A DNA stretch of 35,745 nucleotides from assembly GCA_046290225.1 (NCBI GenBank), contig JBKAGE010000067.1:1-35745 (forward strand), read 5' to 3'. Under the pieces are notes generated by a model. That model ran no database searches, was not told the origin of the DNA, and saw only the letters and a list, made by a program, of their open reading frames with translations. This DNA is from Bradymonadia bacterium (lineage in GTDB: Bacteria > Myxococcota_A > Bradymonadia > UBA7976 > UBA1532). A program made the translations under genes and the position numbers. Below, in pieces: positions 33,995 through 35,745 of this stretch. The stretch's first letter is position 1, and the number at the start of each line of letters is the position of its first letter.

Positions 33995-35386
33995 ATGTCA
34001 GTCCTGCGGCACACGTCCACCTTCCTTCGCGGCCTCACCCTGTCTCTCGCCAGCATGGGTGCCCTCTGCCCGCAAATGGCCATGGCCGACGCCCCGCTGA
34101 AGATGGCCAAAAAGGCTGATCCCACCTTCAGCGAGATCATCCAGCGCGTCGTGGCGATGCCCGGCAACGCCGATCTGCAACGTCGGGCCCGAGCGTTGGG
34201 GCTCAACGTGCTCAACGTGATGTGGGAAGACACTGGCCGCGCCGCAGGATCCGCCCTCGGGCCCAACATCAGCGATCTCACCTTGCAGGTTCGCGAGCCC
34301 ACCGACGGCGACAAAGTGCGCACGCATTTGCTGCCGGTGATCCGCCACCCGAACTTCACCGACAAGACCGCTGACATTCCCGCGGACGAGCTCTGGGTGA
34401 AGGTGGGCAACGAGGTCGAAGGCGAGGGCGACATCGACGCCACCCAGCTGAAGGCGGTGCCCCTCACCCATGTCCTCGAGAATTTGAAGGACTACCTCTC
34501 GGATCCCGAGAGCCTGAAGGGAGAAGGCAACTTCCTCGCCGACCGGGACTCGCATTTTCTGGTGAGCGCCCAGCACGTCTTCGTGCCCCTGCCTTCTGAA
34601 GGCAAGGCAGAGTTCAACCCGGTGCTCTTCAACTATCAAAGCGCCCCCGAGTCACCGGCGGTGCTCACCCTGCTGATCACCCGTCAGGGCACCAGCGCCA
34701 CCATCATCGAGAACAAGTCCGGTGATCAGAGCTTCCAGGGTTGGGGGCAGCAGCTGTTCTTCAACCACGGGGGCCAGAAGACGGTCTTCACCGCGGAGCG
34801 CAAGAGCGCCGTGGCCCAACGCATCGAGCAGACGATCGCCCAGGGCGGTGAGATCGACGCCCAAGATGCCGGGGCCCTCGACGAGGGCGCCGACATGATG
34901 ATGATCGTGCAGGTGCCCCTGAAGCACAAAGGCCGCGGGTTCCTAAACGGCCTGGCCTTCGGCGAAGACATGGACTTGCTCATGGAGGCCGAGGGGGGGA
35001 TGGCGGTCCCCTCGGCGGCCCCACTGAAACGCTCGCTCAGAGGCGGTGCGTCGGTGTCCGACGTGGAGCAGGCGGTCCTGGGCCACGGTGAGGACATGGG
35101 TCCCTTTGAGGAGATGGGCGGCCTGAAGCTGGAGCGCGACGAGGCCTTCCCGATCCGGGTGACGGTGCAATTCTACAAGGCCACGAGCAACGGTGTGGTG
35201 AGCGAGGCTGATCTGAAGGCGGCCCACGCGGACATTCAGAAGGTGTACGACAAGGCTGACTACGTGGGCTCCCTGGTGGTGCCCAAGGGGGAGCGGGTGC
35301 GGCCGACGGATTGGATCAAGGATGATCCGAACGGGGGGGACTGGAGTGCTTTTCCTTGGTTTGGGTGGTTTTCTGACGACCGTTGA
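33995..35386 (+). CDS. Secreted conserved-looking protein of unknown function (WEDTGR...GPNISD motif)
   Basis: GAGGAG RBS, signal peptide ending AMA-D, strong GC3 bias. Motifs VMWEDTGR...S.LGPNISDLTLQV, PVIR.PNFTDKT.D, SAQ.VF.P, FNP..FNYQS, RD...PIRVTVQFYKAT. Confidence 0.85.
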   Translation: MSVLRHTSTFLRGLTLSLASMGALCPQMAMADAPLKMAKKADPTFSEIIQRVVAMPGNADLQRRARALGLNVLNVMWEDTGRAAGSALGPNISDLTLQVREPTDGDKVRTHLLPVIRHPNFTDKTADIPADELWVKVGNEVEGEGDIDATQLKAVPLTHVLENLKDYLSDPESLKGEGNFLADRDSHFLVSAQHVFVPLPSEGKAEFNPVLFNYQSAPESPAVLTLLITRQGTSATIIENKSGDQSFQGWGQQLFFNHGGQKTVFTAERKSAVAQRIEQTIAQGGEIDAQDAGALDEGADMMMIVQVPLKHKGRGFLNGLAFGEDMDLLMEAEGGMAVPSAAPLKRSLRGGASVSDVEQAVLGHGEDMGPFEEMGGLKLERDEAFPIRVTVQFYKATSNGVVSEADLKAAHADIQKVYDKADYVGSLVVPKGERVRPTDWIKDDPNGGDWSAFPWFGWFSDDR

Positions 35387-35418
35387 GCATTCTCGCTTCG
35401 CTCGCAGATCCGTTTGTC

Positions 35419-35687
35419 GGGCACGGGCACGGGCACGGGCACGAGTTGATACATACGCGGACCCGTGGCCCAGCATGACTCCGCTCGTGGGTGTGTGATG
35501 GTGGAGGCTCTACTCGGCCCCATATGCCTCTCATTGGAGGTTTTGGCCTTCAGACACCCCAAGACCAAAATTCTCAGGCTGCTCTGAAGCGCATCAACTC
35601 AGCCTCAATGACAACCTTCGCCCTGAGTCATGCAGGGCCACGGGTCCACGTATGTATCAACTCGTGCCCGTGCCCGTGCCCGTGCCC
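35419..35687. repeat. 63-bp inverted repeat pair tipped with (GGGCAC)4, enclosing a 143-bp spacer
   Basis: 35419-35481 versus the reverse complement of 35625-35687: 61/63 identical. Confidence 0.9.
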
Positions 35688-35745
35688 TGTACCAATTGGA
35701 TTGTCGCTTTGGATCTTGATGCGAGGCATCTGAGAACACCACCCG

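Noticed and set aside
35419..35687. Retron msr-msd (a1/a2 inverted repeats) or CRISPR array
   Set aside because: No reverse transcriptase or cas gene in the window, only two inverted copies rather than spaced direct repeats, and no recognisable msd stem.

Overview
High-GC bacterial chromosomal window (about two-thirds G+C by eye). Its Cys-rich and Gly-rich lipoproteins, tandem PilT paralogues and PHA-type genes suggest a Myxococcota/Bradymonadia-like deltaproteobacterium; this taxonomy is inference. About 21 plausible CDSs, in order: a truncated PhaE-like gene, a phasin-like gene, a hypothetical protein, SanA, a coupled GNAT + FAD amine-oxidase pair, an S8 subtilase facing away from a five-Kazal-domain lipoprotein (small membrane-protein gene between them), dusA, two PilT-family ATPases (one with an MshEN-like N-terminus), a phytase-like esterase, a 1316-aa lipoprotein with two animal-like group-A SRCR domains, a small beta-rich secreted protein, a 2335-aa sacsin-type GHKL ATPase ending in a transglutaminase-like Cys-His-Asp domain, an 8x DUF4397-repeat lipoprotein, an M23 peptidase, an Asp-box lipoprotein, a degenerate hemerythrin and a secreted protein of unknown function. 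Non-coding elements: a 159-bp MITE-like hairpin (16-bp TIRs, TTA duplication), a 63-bp inverted-repeat pair tipped with (GGGCAC)4, and TGC-N3-GCA palindromes upstream of the PHA genes. No rRNA, tRNA, CRISPR array or transposase was seen. The best novelty candidates are the sacsin-transglutaminase giant protein and the SRCR lipoprotein. All domain calls come from motif recognition by eye; no searches were run.
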